A stretch of 64,000 bases of DNA, taken from NCBI RefSeq assembly GCF_006345805.1, contig NC_043004.1, positions 102,176,001 through 102,240,000 of the forward strand, in the 5' to 3' direction. This DNA is from Octopus sinensis. Lineage: Eukaryota. Under the pieces are notes generated by a model that was not told the origin of the DNA, searched no databases, and saw nothing but the letters and a program-made list of their open reading frames with translations. The position numbers were made by a program, and so were the translations under genes. Shown here one piece after another: positions 23,983-37,200 of the stretch (positions are counted from its first letter, which is position 1; each line of letters opens with the position of its first letter).

Positions 23983-24144
23983 CACGACGGGCTTCTTTCA
24001 GTTTCCATCTACCAAATCCACTCACAAGGCATTGGTCGGCCTGGGGCTATAGCAGAAGACACTTGCCCAAGATGCCATGCAGTGGAACTGAACCCGGAAC
24101 CATGTGGTTGGTTAGCAAGCTACTTACCACACAGCCACTCCTGC
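23749..24144 (-). mobile_element. tRNA-derived SINE (family A)
   Basis: Full-length reverse-complement copy. Confidence 0.9.
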
Positions 24145-24471
24145 TATTGTTGTTATATATAATGTAGTTGTGAGGGGGTTGAATCTTGTAACATGTTAGC
24201 TAACCTCTAATTATCTATGGTACACCACTCCTTTTCAAATAGTTATTTTATATACTTTAGAGAAGTGTTTATTGCCAACTGACATATCGTTCTTCCTCAG
24301 GGCACATTCTTAATATCTTATTCTAGCTAAAAATGACTACTTTGGGTTTTTTTTATTTTGCCTTATTTCATTGTATTGAGTAATGGGTAACACCTGCAAA
24401 CATTCCTGTGTGTATGTATGTGTGTGTGTATATGTGTATGTTTATATATACATATGTGTTTATATGTACAT

Positions 24472-24760
24472 GTCATCATCATTTAGCGTCCGTTTTCCAT
24501 GCTAGCATGGGTTGGACGGTTCAACTGGGGTCTGTGAAGCCAGAAGGCTGCACCAGGCCTAGTCTGATCTGGCAGTGTTTCTACGGCTGGATGCCCTTCC
24601 TAACGCCAACCACTCCGTGAGTGTAGTGGGTGCTTTTTACGTGCCACCCGCACAGGTGCCAGACGGAGCTGGCAACGGCCACGATCGGATGGTGCTTTTT
24701 ACGTGCCACCGGCACGGGGACCAGGCGAGGCTGGCAACGGCCATGAACGGATGGTGCTAC
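24472..24760 (-). mobile_element. RTE-tailed repeat (family B)
   Basis: Begins (CAT)n TTAGCGTCCG on the + strand; reverse-complement units follow. Confidence 0.8.
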
Positions 24761-25194
24761 GTATATATATATATATATATATACGTATGTATATATATAC
24801 ATGCGTGTGTGTATATATATATATATATATACACACACACATGGTTATTTGGATATTGCATAATAATTGTAAATGAATGTTACTGCCATAAAAACAGTGT
24901 CATTCTTTTTACCAGTATGCTCCAAACACATGTCAGGCCAAGAAGAAATATTACCTTACATGGAAACAGGTGAGGGTTGATGACGGGAATGGCATCTGGC
25001 AATTGAAAATCAGCTTTAATGAATTTCATCCATGCAAACATGGAAAACTGAATGTTAAAATGATAAGTTATCTTATCTGCGATGCTTACCTTTCTTGTCT
25101 ATATCCAAACTAAAATACTTAGCACTAAATTATCCCTGCTCTATCCTTCTCTTGCTAACAGGAATAGTTTTGCAACATTTTTGTACCCAAATCG

Positions 25195-25590
25195 AAATCG
25201 AAATCTTTCAACATCAATGGAAATTGTAGCTGAGATACCAGTGCCGGTGGCACGTAAGAGAACCGTCCGAACGTGGCCGTCGCCAGCGCCGCCCCAAGCA
25301 CCATCTGATTGTGGCCGTTGCCAGCCTCGTCTGGCCCCCGTGCCGGTTGCACGTAAAAAGCACCATCCGATCGTGGCCATTTGCCAGCCTCTTCTGGCAC
25401 CTGTGCAGGTGGCACATAAAAAGCACCCACTACACTCTCGGAGTGGTTGGCGTTAGGAAGGGCATCCAGCTGTAGAAACACTGCCAGATCAGACTGGGCC
25501 TGGCGCAGCCTCCTGGCTTCCCAGACCCCAGTTGGACTGTCCAACCCATGCTAGCATGGAAAACGGACGTTAAACAATGATGATGATGAA
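25195..25590 (+). mobile_element. RTE-tailed repeat (family B)
   Basis: 5' AACATCAATGGAAATTGTAGCTGAGATACCAGTGCCGG, internal units, (GAT)n tail. Confidence 0.8.
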
Positions 25591-26611
25591 GTCAGCTCTA
25601 TGCATTTTTATCTCCACTCTACTGCAGCATTCCATTGCATACAATCACCAGTGCAGCTCATATATTATTACCTAACTGTCACTCACTCTAGTATAATGAA
25701 GATGTTTGATTTGTATGTATTACTACTGTCTAAACATTCCTGATTGGGATAGGCTATGAATTGCTTATCAACAGTCACCAGACATTAGTGTGGTTATGCT
25801 GTATCTTCCGCTTCTTGCACCTTATGGCATTATTGTGACAGCTGTTTATCTCCAGCTAATTTGTTGTCATTCTGCTCAAAGCTGCTCATCATAATGAAGG
25901 CCATAAATTTTGCGGGATCAAATATTTGAGCTAAATCAACACTGTTGCTTATTTTATTACACCTACCCCCAACTCTAAAAAGAAAAAGAATGATGAAAGA
26001 CAAAGTCAACTTTGGAAGGATTTAAGCTCAGAATATATAAAATGATACGAAATTCCTATGATTCTACGGAGGTAGAACACTCATACAGTCATGAAACACT
26101 GACCATTGTAATACATATTCCCATACAATTTCACCAAAGTGGACTTATACACACAAGAAAGAAAAATCCTGTATTCTTAATGGTTACCTTAAAATTCACA
26201 CTGTGTTGCGTTGTCAACACCCTAACACATTCTGTTAACCACAGATGAAAATTCTTTCACACTGTTTTCTATCTATTCCATCTTAAACCAAAAGTGGAGC
26301 TTTTACATTATTGTTCAACTTGACAAAAGCTTTGAGAGTGGATTTAGTTGATGGAAACTGAAAGAAGGCTGTGTGTGTGTGTGTGAGAGAGAGAGAGTTG
26401 ATGTTTCTTTGTTTTGACAGTACATGATTGTTGTAAATGAGTGTCACCGTTATGCAGTATTGTCCATTGTTTACAATTTTCCATGAGAACATGTCTGGCT
26501 ATGGGCATGATCTTTACTCTTTAAAACCAACAAACAGAATGTGTATGTATGATATACATTTAGTTCATTTTTGAAGCATGAAGCAGCAGATTTTTCATAA
26601 TGGAAATATAA

Positions 26612-27000
26612 ATCGAAATCGGAATCAAAATCAAAATTGAACTAATCCTATGACTGGCACCCGGCAGATGCCAGGACCCCTGGACTGGTGGTACGTAAAA
26701 AGCACTATCCGAATCGTGGCCGAAGCCAGTGCCGCCTCGACTGGCTTCCGTGCCGGTGGCACGTAAATTGCACCAATCCAACCGTGGCCGTTGCCAGCCT
26801 CGCCTGGCACCTGTGCGGGTGGCACGTAAAAAGCACCCACTACACTCACGGAGTGGTTGGCGTTAGGAAGGGCATCCAGCTGTAGAAACATTGCCAGATA
26901 AGACTGGAGCCTGGTGCAGCCTTCTGGCTTCCCAGATCCTCAGTCGAACCGTCCAACCCATGCTAGCATGGAAAATGGACGTTAAACGATGATGATGATA
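26612..27000 (+). mobile_element. RTE-tailed repeat (family B)
   Basis: Same architecture. Confidence 0.8.
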
Positions 27001-28769
27001 TTATTATATTTTTGTTATCAAGCTGTACAATTTTTTTGTAGCTATCACATTCAATATGTAATTGAATGCAATGGACATTATAAACAAATGGTGTCTTTTG
27101 TTTTGGGGTCGCTTTTTTTTTTTTAAACTTCTTTGATGAGATGCCCTTTAGCGGCATTGCACTTACCTTCCTTTGTCCCTAGAGAAATATAGATTTGTAG
27201 CTTGTTATATAGCCACTTCGAATAAGGACTTCAATAAATTGATAATTCTTTTTGAATGAATAGTGCTTTGCCAGCATCTAGGTCAATTAATTATTGATCT
27301 GCTCAGCAGCAATTTTTTTGTATAATAGAAATATACTTAAAGGTATACCCTATCGCTCAATACAAGGTTGTTAGCCATCGCTGTGGTATGTAAACAAATA
27401 CACTGGACAAATGTATATAGATATGAATATTTCAAATTTCTTTATCATCGTTTTAACATCCACTTTTCTATGCTTGCATATGTTGGACGAAGCTTATTAA
27501 GGTAGATTTTTTAAGGCCAGATGGCCTTAACATGAACAGAAAATTGTAGCTACTCATTTACTGAAGTCCTTTATTGTTTTGAAGGTGAGTGGCAAAGTGG
27601 TTAGAATGTTGCATTTGTGATTGCCAGATTGATTCCTTGACTGGGCAGCATGTTGCGATCTTGCGCAAAACATTTCATCTCACATTGCTCTAGTACTGTA
27701 GGGACCATCATGCTAAAGAATAGACCCAACGTTTCAGCTGTGTGTCGTAGAAGGCAACTAAAAGAGGCTAAGGTAGGATTTGCACTCTGACCTCGTAAAA
27801 CCCCTCATCAGCAACAACTATCCAAACAGACCCATAGGTTGGAGGGTTGTTGTCTGGGTGGTGCCAAGGTGTCATCCACCAAGAGTAGAGAATCATCAAT
27901 AAATAGTGGATATAACAACATGCTGTTATACCACATGATTTCATACTACTACTACTACTGCTTACTGTTGTGGCTATATAAACAACTATATTTCTGAATG
28001 GATGAACAAAGATGAGTGTTCTCTGGAGTGAATTCCATCTAAGATTAAAGCTGGGCAAAACCAACCTCTTATTTTCTGTTCACAGAGCAATTAGTCAAAA
28101 AAAAAAAAAGGGCATTTGTCCAGTGCCTTTTTTCTAATTTCTCTATCACAATAGTGAGTGGCTAAAAGAATGGGAGCCTTTTGGAGTAATGATAGGAATA
28201 TTAGTTTCAGGGTTTTCTCTGCCAAGGGGAGTATACTTTGTCTTCAGTTTATGTCCATTCCCCAAAAGATAACTCCAGTACCATGCTTATTTTTCATCCC
28301 AATGCTGTTTGCTGCAGCCCAGATGTGACCAGTTTGTTTTTAGATAGTATAGTATCTAAGATCACATTATCGCATTGTGAAGTTTTTAAAATTTTGTTTT
28401 TAAAGACATAATTGTTATTTAAAGGAGATTTGACTGCTGTTTCTTGTAAGTTGAACAGTTGTGTTGCAATGGCTTTCTGCTTGACTTTCTTTTGCAGTTA
28501 TCTTTTTATATTTCATTCATTTTTAAATCACATAGTGATTGTTTCAGAGATATATCTACAGTTGATTGGGATACCATTTAACAGTCACTATTATTGAGGA
28601 TGTAGTTTCGACCTTGTTCAACCCTGATTACTCTGCCTTAAAGATCAAAGAAGTGTCTTATTTAGGTACAATGTCTAACATGCCCTTGTTTCTTAAATTG
28701 TAGGATAAGAATTGGTTATTTCTAGAAAATTGTAGTATTTCACTTAGTGGCTATTAAAGACCTCCTTCA

Positions 28770-29020
28770 GTCCTGATTCACAATAGGACTGCACCTAGAA
28801 AGTTCTTCTCCAAGACACAAGTTCAAGCAAAATTGTTTGTGGAAGACCAGCAGTTGCCCATACATACCTGTCTCCTGTCTCTATGCTACCAATGTTGTCC
28901 AAGTGAAAGGCAAAGGCGAGTACAGCTTGGTGCCTGGAGCAATGTGAAATAAAGTATCTTGCTTAAGAACACAACACAACACAGCCTGGTCCTGGAACCA
29001 AACTCACAACCGCATGATTA
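28770..29020 (-). mobile_element. tRNA-headed SINE (family E), diverged
   Basis: Reverse complement of the 62955-63240 family (GAGCAATGTGAAATAAAGTATCTTGCTTAAGAACACAAC). Confidence 0.55.
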
Positions 29021-29429
29021 GAGCCTTGCACTTGGTGGTTATTAACGATGACAGCTATGGCATTATTTACATGTAAACTCTATGAACTGAGTCATCATTC
29101 CCTCTGACAGGAGAATAGCACATTTCAGTTCAAAGTGACTCAGTTCAAATCTGGAAATGAATTGATTTTGCATTTTTGTTGGATCTTTGTCACTTTTGAA
29201 ATATTGCTGACTTCATGCCTTATCATTATCATCATCATTCTTTTTTCCTTTTTTTTTTTGTCATACTGGCATGTATTAGACCACAAAAGACTGGGCACTT
29301 TATCATGCTACAGGTGTTAAAGAAAGTATCCATGACAGGGTCAAGCAGTCCTTTCTATCCTGAACTATTTTTCATACAGAATTACTGCACTTCTAGTTGA
29401 GTTGTCTAATCTGCTTCTTGCAGAGATTT

Positions 29430-29504
<75 letters not shown>

Positions 29505-30307
29505 ATATATATACACACACATACAGAGGTTTTTGTTTACATTTTACTTTAGCAACAGCACTAGAGAGGGTGTTATATCTTTAGCAAGATGAAAGAATCT
29601 TCTGAATTCTACAAGTTTCTTGTTGCTTGCTAGCCATTTCACAGAGTGTATGGGGTGAATTTTATTGCAAACTGAAGAATCTTCTCCAGTTGTCTTCATC
29701 TACTCAGGGCATGAAGGTGAAAGAGAGGCTGTAAGTATAAGAGAAACAGTGTGAGAAGGTGTTAGGGTAAGATGAAGTGAAAGATACACTGACAGGCAGC
29801 TATATACTGGTTGCTGGTAAGGAGACTGAATAGGAAAACAACATAAGCTATGTGATGAGGGTATAGAGGAATGGGAATGTACAGTGATGTATGTCAACAA
29901 AGATTGATAGCAGAGGGAGTAATTTGGAGGTGGGGAGAGAAACATTGAAGGATAGCAATATAAGATGGTTGATGATCTGAGAGAGAGAGAGGGAGAGTAA
30001 TGTAAGGCAAAGAGGGTCACAGAAAAGATAGAATGGTGGTTAGCAGTAAGAGAGGTGATGTTTGTGAATATTGCATACAAATTGATCCGATGCCATTCTT
30101 TGTTACACTGGCATTGTGATGGAAAAGTGGTAGTGTGATAAAAGGTGATGGTTGTGGAGAGGATGGAATATGGATGGATCATGTGTTGTTCCTTGTAAAA
30201 ACAAATAGTTTGATGCTGTGTATAGAAGAGAAAGTAAGCAATAGACAAGAGAATAGCAAGGAGGTGAATGCAGTGGATAAAAACTTGATTGGAATAATGT
30301 GAGAGAC

Positions 30308-30787
30308 ACCGTTTGTGACCGTTGCCAGCGCCGCCCCGACTGGCCTCGTGCCAGTGGCACGTAAAAAGCACCATCCGTTCGTGACCGTTGCCAGCGCCGC
30401 TCCGACTGGCCTCGTGCCGGTGGAACGTAAAAAGCACCATCCGTTCGTGACCGTTGCCAGCGCCGCCCCGACTGGCCTCCGTGCCGGTGGCACGTAAAAA
30501 GCACCATCCGTTCGTGTCCGTTGCCAGCCCCGCCTGGCCCCCGTGCCGGTTGCACATAAAAAGCACCATCCGTTCGTGGCCGTTTGCCAGCTCTGTCTGG
30601 CACCTGTGCGGGTGGCACGTAAAAAGCACCCACTACACTCACAGAGTGGTTGGCGTTAGGAAGGACATCCGGCCGTAGAAACACTGCCAGATCAGACTGG
30701 GCCTGGTGCAGCCTCCTGGCTTCCCAGACCCCAGTTGAACCGTCCAACCCATGCTAGCATGGAAAACGGACGCTAAATGATGATGAC
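30308..30787 (+). mobile_element. RTE-tailed repeat (family B) with an expanded internal array
   Basis: Five GCACGTAAAAAGCACC-type cores spaced about 55-62 bp apart, then the tail. Confidence 0.85.
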
Positions 30788-30879
30788 ATACTAAAGTACA
30801 TATCCTAACCTCAGTCACCACCACAATTAGCCAGCTATTTTGTTATGTTTCAGTTAAGCAGGTCATCTCCAACACTGCT

Positions 30880-31600
30880 TGTTGCCACTAGTGGATTGGT
30901 TTCTTTCTTTCTTGTCATTTCGTTCATGAGGTTGACTTCAATTTTTGAAATTTGTCTTCACCACTTCATCCCAATCTTTTCTAGATCTTCCTCATCCGCG
31001 AGTGTCATCCACTTCAAACCTTTGGTGTTTCTTTATACACATCATATGCCTGTAGCGTTGCAGTCTAGCTTTTCTCTCAGATCATTTCTGCTCTGTCATC
31101 CATACAGTGGCATCACACATTCAGCAGAGCCTGCTTCATTTCTTTGTAGCCTTTGCACCTCTTCCACTTTCATATCTTTCAGCATTGCACTTCATACACA
31201 GGTATCATACAACTGACCTTCACTCGGTAAACGAAACTCTTCATCGCTGGCAGAGTTAATAACTTCCCGAACTTTCTGTAGTTTTAGAACAAGCACCTCC
31301 TTTGTTAAGAGATCAGTTTACAAGGTAGCAAAACCTATCAAATATCACAGGTGGGGATATGGGCTTCCTAGCATTTGAAGGAATTTATTTTGTGTACACC
31401 CTTACTGCTGACTATAACCGTTCATCTTTCATATATGAAATGTAACTTCTCTGCCAACCTGCCTTGTAAGCTCACTCCATTTCTTCTCAGTTATGCCTTA
31501 ACCCTTGACCTCTTTGTTTCATAACACTGTGTCTGATCCATAAAATGTGTAACTATCATTTATTACACAATTTGTGGGTATTTCTAATGTTTCATGATGC
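30880..31600 (-). mobile_element. Degraded RTE LINE ORF2 C-terminal fragment
   Basis: Minus strand gives LQRNEAG...DLREKL...GRGR.RK.WDEVVK-like remnants. Confidence 0.6.
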
Positions 31601-33414
31601 CAATTCTAGAGGATATTTTTTTTTGTTTGCTTTATGATGTAGGCTGACAGAAAAAAGCAGAGCAGGTGGAGGGGGTATGACATAAAGTATTTGTTGAAGA
31701 TGTTGTTTAACCCTAGGTTATTCTTGTTTAGTAAAATCAATCTAAATGCCCTGGACATGATTGTCTTCTTGAGTTGTAGGACTCATAGGGCCAGTTATCC
31801 AGTTTCCATGGTGTGATAAGTCACTAAGATCACTGTATCCCTCTTGATAGGATGCCAGTCCATCACAGAACTACTATAGATGAGTATATTGGAGCAACAT
31901 GAAATGAAGTGCTCTGCTTAAGAACACAATGCACAGCTTAGTCCATAAATCAAGACTATAATCTTTGATTGTAAATGTTACACCTTAAGCATTAAGCCAT
32001 GCACTTTTACATTCCTGGTATATAGATCAATAAATTGTCAAAATCTTGCTAACAAGGCCATATTGGCATTTTTTTTTTTTTTTTGCAAATGTAGTCGTAA
32101 TTATTCAATAGCCTTCCATTTTTAAAACAATAGTATATAATTTGAGTGAAATTTGGATTTTGTTTCTAGATCGTGTGATAATACAGAAGTGTTATTGTTG
32201 GTTCAATATTGTTGTTGTTGGTCTAGCAAAATGTTGGCAATACTTAGGTGGTATATTAGAGAACTAGGCATTTCAGAATGAATCACAAAACCCACACTGC
32301 TACTACAAAACTTGTTGTGCAGAATAGTTTGGTATATACAGGTAAGAAGAAATATGTAGCCAGATCTCTTAATGACGATGGTGAGAGCAAAAAAAAAAAA
32401 ACCTTTCAATTAAAATGTTATGATTTCAAAGCCGGTGTGCGATGTGTAATAATACATACACACTTAAAAACCAGCTTCATAATTGAACCCTTTTAGTCTT
32501 GACTCATACAGCTGCTAAATTTCTCTTCCTTTCTACATACAGCTCACTAAATTTTTCTCATTCTCTCACTTTCTCTCTCCTCTCTCTCTTTGTAGAATCT
32601 CATAATTGTAGGTTGGTTCTTTTCCCCTCGTAGGAATGAATGGGAAAAAATCAAACACACTACAGTTAAATAGTAATAACAGCTTGTAAAACTGATTTTT
32701 ATCACCACTTCATTCTTCAGCCTTTCTTCACATAGTAACAGGCCATTGTAGGGACTAAGAAATGTTTGCAGAATGCATGTGTGCGCGCACACACACACAC
32801 ACACACACACATTGTGTGCATGTGTGTGGAAGTATATTTTATCAGTTTGACTTCATTTGGAATTATTGGTCTCTATATTCTTGGGCTATTTGTTTAGGAG
32901 AGGAGTATTATTCAATACTAGTAACATATTGATCTCAAGTTCACTCCATTATTGGTTCTTTGGGTTACACCTTACTGTAAAGGTTCCTGTTAACATTAGA
33001 AGAAAAGTAAATACTATACAAAAGGGCATTTTTATTCGGTAAAATGAAGTAGGCCAACGGCATGAATTTAGGTAACTTAACTAGTAATGTTAGGTTTTGT
33101 TCTCCTTCTCCAAGAGGGAGATTCCGATTAATTCAGAATTTTCTGCACACATCATTCAGTACATCATCTCTTAAATTATTTATTTTACGACTAGAGAGGA
33201 GATTATATATTCTAAATATGAACAGGAGTGTGTATGGGAAGGGGGAAAGGTGAGCAGTAGAATTGTTTATGTGAATATAGTATGAAACTGATGAATGTAG
33301 TTAGGCTAGTTTAAATACAATCTCTGTTGGCAGCTAAGCTTAACTTGTGCTTTTATTGAATGTCCGTCAATGGTTGATTCAGGTTTGAAACTAGATTACA
33401 CTTGGTTTCTCTCT

Positions 33415-33415
33415 T

Positions 33416-33490
<75 letters not shown>

Positions 33491-33609
33491 ATATGCATGC
33501 ATGCATGCATACATACATACACACACATACTCATGCACCTATTTATTTAGCCTTCTCTCAGTATATATACGTATGTATATATTTATGTCTATGTTATACG
33601 TATATAATA

Positions 33610-33683
<74 letters not shown>

Positions 33684-33690
33684 ATGTATG

Positions 33691-33734
<44 letters not shown>

Positions 33735-33754
33735 TACATATATGTATATGTATG

Positions 33755-33790
<36 letters not shown>

Positions 33791-33806
33791 TACATATATG
33801 TATATG

Positions 33807-33850
<44 letters not shown>

Positions 33851-33870
33851 TACATATATATATATATATG

Positions 33871-33912
<42 letters not shown>

Positions 33913-33934
33913 TACATATATATATATATATATG

Positions 33935-33973
<39 letters not shown>

Positions 33974-34060
33974 ATATATATACACATACATACATATATA
34001 TATAATGTATGTATATGTATGTGTATATATATATATATGTATGTGTGTGTATGTGAATTG
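33415..34060. repeat. (TA)n microsatellite with a roughly 60-bp higher-order unit
   Basis: CACACACATACATATATGTATATGTATG(TA)n recurs near 33725, 33781, 33843 and 33905. Confidence 0.9.
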
Positions 34061-34951
34061 TCTATATGTATATCCACCTTGTAATCAGAAACTATCAAAA
34101 GAGCACCCAGAAAACCAGATCTATATGGTTTTATGGGTGTCCTTTTGAAAGGAAGATTACTTGCACATTATTTTGAGAAATAGCAATGAAATTTTCCTCA
34201 AACCACACTGTACTGTCTGCCAGGAAAGTTGTAGAAAGAAGAGAAGTTGAAATAGAGTAGTGGTGTCAATCTTTCTCTATCTCTTTGTAGAATAGAAAGA
34301 GGTAGGGAATAAAAGACACACATGAGGATAGTTACATAGCCAGAGAAGGAGGGAAGTGATGGTGATTATAGCAACATCACATTTTTATGATATCAAACTT
34401 TTTTTTTTACCTCTTCCGTGTTTCTTTAACCTTTCTTTCTTGTCTCAGGTCAATAGGGAAATAGAGGAAGACAACAGATAAAAGAAATACTCGTGAAAGG
34501 AGATACATAAAGGAGAATGATGGTGGTAGTGTTTTGAAAACTAGGATCAAAACAGGCAGTGATATTATTTAGGGGAACTCTATGGATCACTTACTCATTT
34601 ATCCATTTACATCTATTGAAATATGAATAGGCATTGTTAACTGAAACAGAATAACAAACACATACAAAGACACAGTAAGAAACCTCAGAGTAGGTTTCAT
34701 TTTCTGATCAGAGTATTGTATGGAATTTCCACCTAAAAACTTCTCTCCATTACACTTCAGTATTTAATCTGTTGTCAATTTTCATTACTGCTTTGCCTGA
34801 ATTCAGACCATTTCATTAAAAGGATGATTTGCTTTTTATCAGTTTATTAGTGAACTGTTAATAAAGATTCCACAGATATGTGTGAAAGAGTTGACAGTAA
34901 TACATAGATGTGATTTATTTCCATTTAGCTACACAGGGTATGTGTGTATGT

Positions 34952-35255
34952 GTAAAAAGCACCATCCAATTGTGGCCATTTGCCAGCCTCGCCTGGCCTC
35001 CGTGCCGGTGGCATGTAAATAGCACCATCCGATCGTGGCCGTTTGCCAGACTCGTCTGGCACCTGTGCCGGTGGCACGTAAAAAGCACCCACTATACTCA
35101 TGGAGTGGTTGGCGTTAAGAAGGGCATCCAGCTGTAGAAACATTGCCAGATCAAACTGGGCCTGGTGCAGCCTTCTGGCTTCCCAGACCCCAGTTGAACC
35201 GTCCAACCCATGCTAGCATGGAAAGCGGACGCTAAACGACGATGATGATGATGAT
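34952..35255 (+). mobile_element. RTE-tailed repeat (family B), 5'-truncated
   Basis: Family-B units and tail. Confidence 0.8.
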
Positions 35256-36015
35256 AAATTGTGTGTACTCTTGTGTTGATGCCATGTAATGATTGCAAAC
35301 AAGCACCAGCATCTTATAAGTGATGTTGTTTGTTTCATATCTGATTTCTAAGCCAGACATGAAAACCATGTTATTCAAAAAGTGAACAATAATATCATTG
35401 AAATCTCAAAGCTACAAGATAATGCGAGATTAATTCAAAGCAATGTGAATAAGCAAGCAGAGTTATTTGTATGCTAAAAGGTTAACATAAACAAACTGAA
35501 ACAAAGTTTACACCACTGAGATGTAAACAGTTGCAGATGCAGCAAAAATTTATTTGTTGTTTTATCTTGAGTGAGACTCATGATCAAAGGGGTTCCAATC
35601 TTAACTACTGCAGTTTGGTTTTTAAGCAAAGTTATTTAGGAATATATTATGTGATGGTAGCCCTAACTCGGCTCTCATTAACAACACCTATAATCAAAGG
35701 TAATTCAGCTGCGGCCATCCCATCTGTTTTCGGACATTATATCCCCTATACTACATTATCTGCTGTATCCTTTTTAAGATGGTATCTTCATCTTGTTCTT
35801 GTTTCAGTCATAGGACAGCAGCCATGCTGGAGCATCGTCTTGAAGGGCTTAATTGTACAAATCGACCCAATACTATTTTTTTAAAGTCTGGTACTTATTC
35901 TATTGGTATCTTTTGCTGAACCACTAAGTTACAGGGAAGTAGAAAACAAACCAATACCGGTTGCAAAGTTGTGGGACACGCATAAACACAAAGACTCTCA
36001 CTCACACATACAAAT

Positions 36016-36053
<38 letters not shown>

Positions 36054-36719
36054 AGTGCTTCTGCACAGTTTCCATCTACCAAATTCACTCACGTGGCATT
36101 GGTTGGCCTGGGGCTGTAGTAGAAGACACTTGCACAAAGTACTACTACACAGTAGTAGCATGTAATTTGAGAGAAATTTGGGTACTATTTACAATATGCC
36201 ATACTGCAACATAGAGGACCTCTCATTAGCCCAAAGATGTTGACATTTGAGATGAAGTAAGCAACAATGCTGGTTGTGTGAGACACTAAATGTGCTATTT
36301 TTTCCACTTTGTATCTTTTTGTAATCTATATTTAGATTTAAAAATACAAATATGTTCACTGAATAATCTTAGCTTACTCTTTAATTGTTTAGAAGGATAT
36401 TTATTTGGTCATTGTTGTGCTAACCAGAACACAAACTATGAGGGTGTGGCCTTAAAGTATTAGATTTCTTCAGCCTTACAGACCATTGAATTAGATTGCG
36501 TTTTCTTATTAAACTTCATTAAATTTATACTGAAATATCAGAAACATTTAATCAGTTGGTGACTGAATAATGAAATAGAGATCATGATTTAGATTATTTT
36601 TCCATCGTCTCAAAGCTTTTTAATCTCCATTAAATTTATTATTGTGTAAGTTAAAAAATATGAACATGTGTCTCTCAGTAGTATCATTTTTAATTGTGTG
36701 ATATCTTTATCTGGTGTCT

Positions 36720-37200
36720 CTAAAGTGGCACTGTTGTGTCTGCAGTCTTTCTACCTGGCTCCTCTCATTTCAGTACATTATTTCAGAAGTAAAAAAACTG
36801 CCGTTTAATAACTCTGTGTGCATCATTTATGGTTTCTAATCTCCACCACTGCTGAACGGTTTTCTGTCTTTTATTTATTTGTCATGCCTAGAAAATGCCT
36901 GCTATTGTTAATAAAATCCATTTTCAACTTAACGACTCCCTGCTACTTTCTCGCTTTTATCTCCCTCGTCTCTTTCCCTTCCGTGCTGATATTTCCAATG
37001 TCTTTTTCATTGATCCAGTATGGCTTTTTACTCCTTTTCTTTTTGGAATTTCTATAAAGAATTTAAATTTTAGTTAATTTAATGGCTTCAGTTTGTTTTA
37101 AAATAAAGATTCTCATTTCCATCATACTCTTTCTTTTTTTTCTGAAAAGACTACTTCTGATTCACCTACCTGTAGGCTAGGGTTGAACCGGTGCACTCGT
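36720..37200 (-). mobile_element. Degraded RTE LINE endonuclease-RT linker fragment
   Basis: Minus-strand KSKKPYWINEKTLEISARK resembles the RTE K.KKP.WMSEETL motif. Confidence 0.5.

Noticed and set aside
27570-27590. TTTTGAAG|GTGAGT possible recursive splice site
   Set aside because: AAG is a poor acceptor, and the sequence resembles a diverged SINE head (GAAGG.G.GTGGC..AGTGGTTAG).
29700-30629. 309-aa minus-strand ORF, the longest in the track
   Set aside because: The first half is the antisense of family-B units and the second half is pyrimidine-rich low-complexity sequence. No protein motif or splice context.
30308-30660. CRISPR-like look: a palindromic repeat separated by variable segments (also at 1320-1545 and 62480-62790)
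   Set aside because: The intervening segments are homologous to each other, the array is part of a eukaryotic retroposon, and there are no cas genes.
32277-32341. 65-nt phase 2-to-1 segment ending CAG|GTAAGA, a possible TM-less alternative to exon 2
   Set aside because: Weak polypyrimidine tract, no similarity to EFCAB14, and such sites are expected by chance in 46 kb.
16043-34098. Long YIYI, CVCV and HTHT ORFs (for example 16043-16672, 18535-19047, 33402-34098)
   Set aside because: Translations of TA/TG/CA microsatellites, which contain few or no stop codons.
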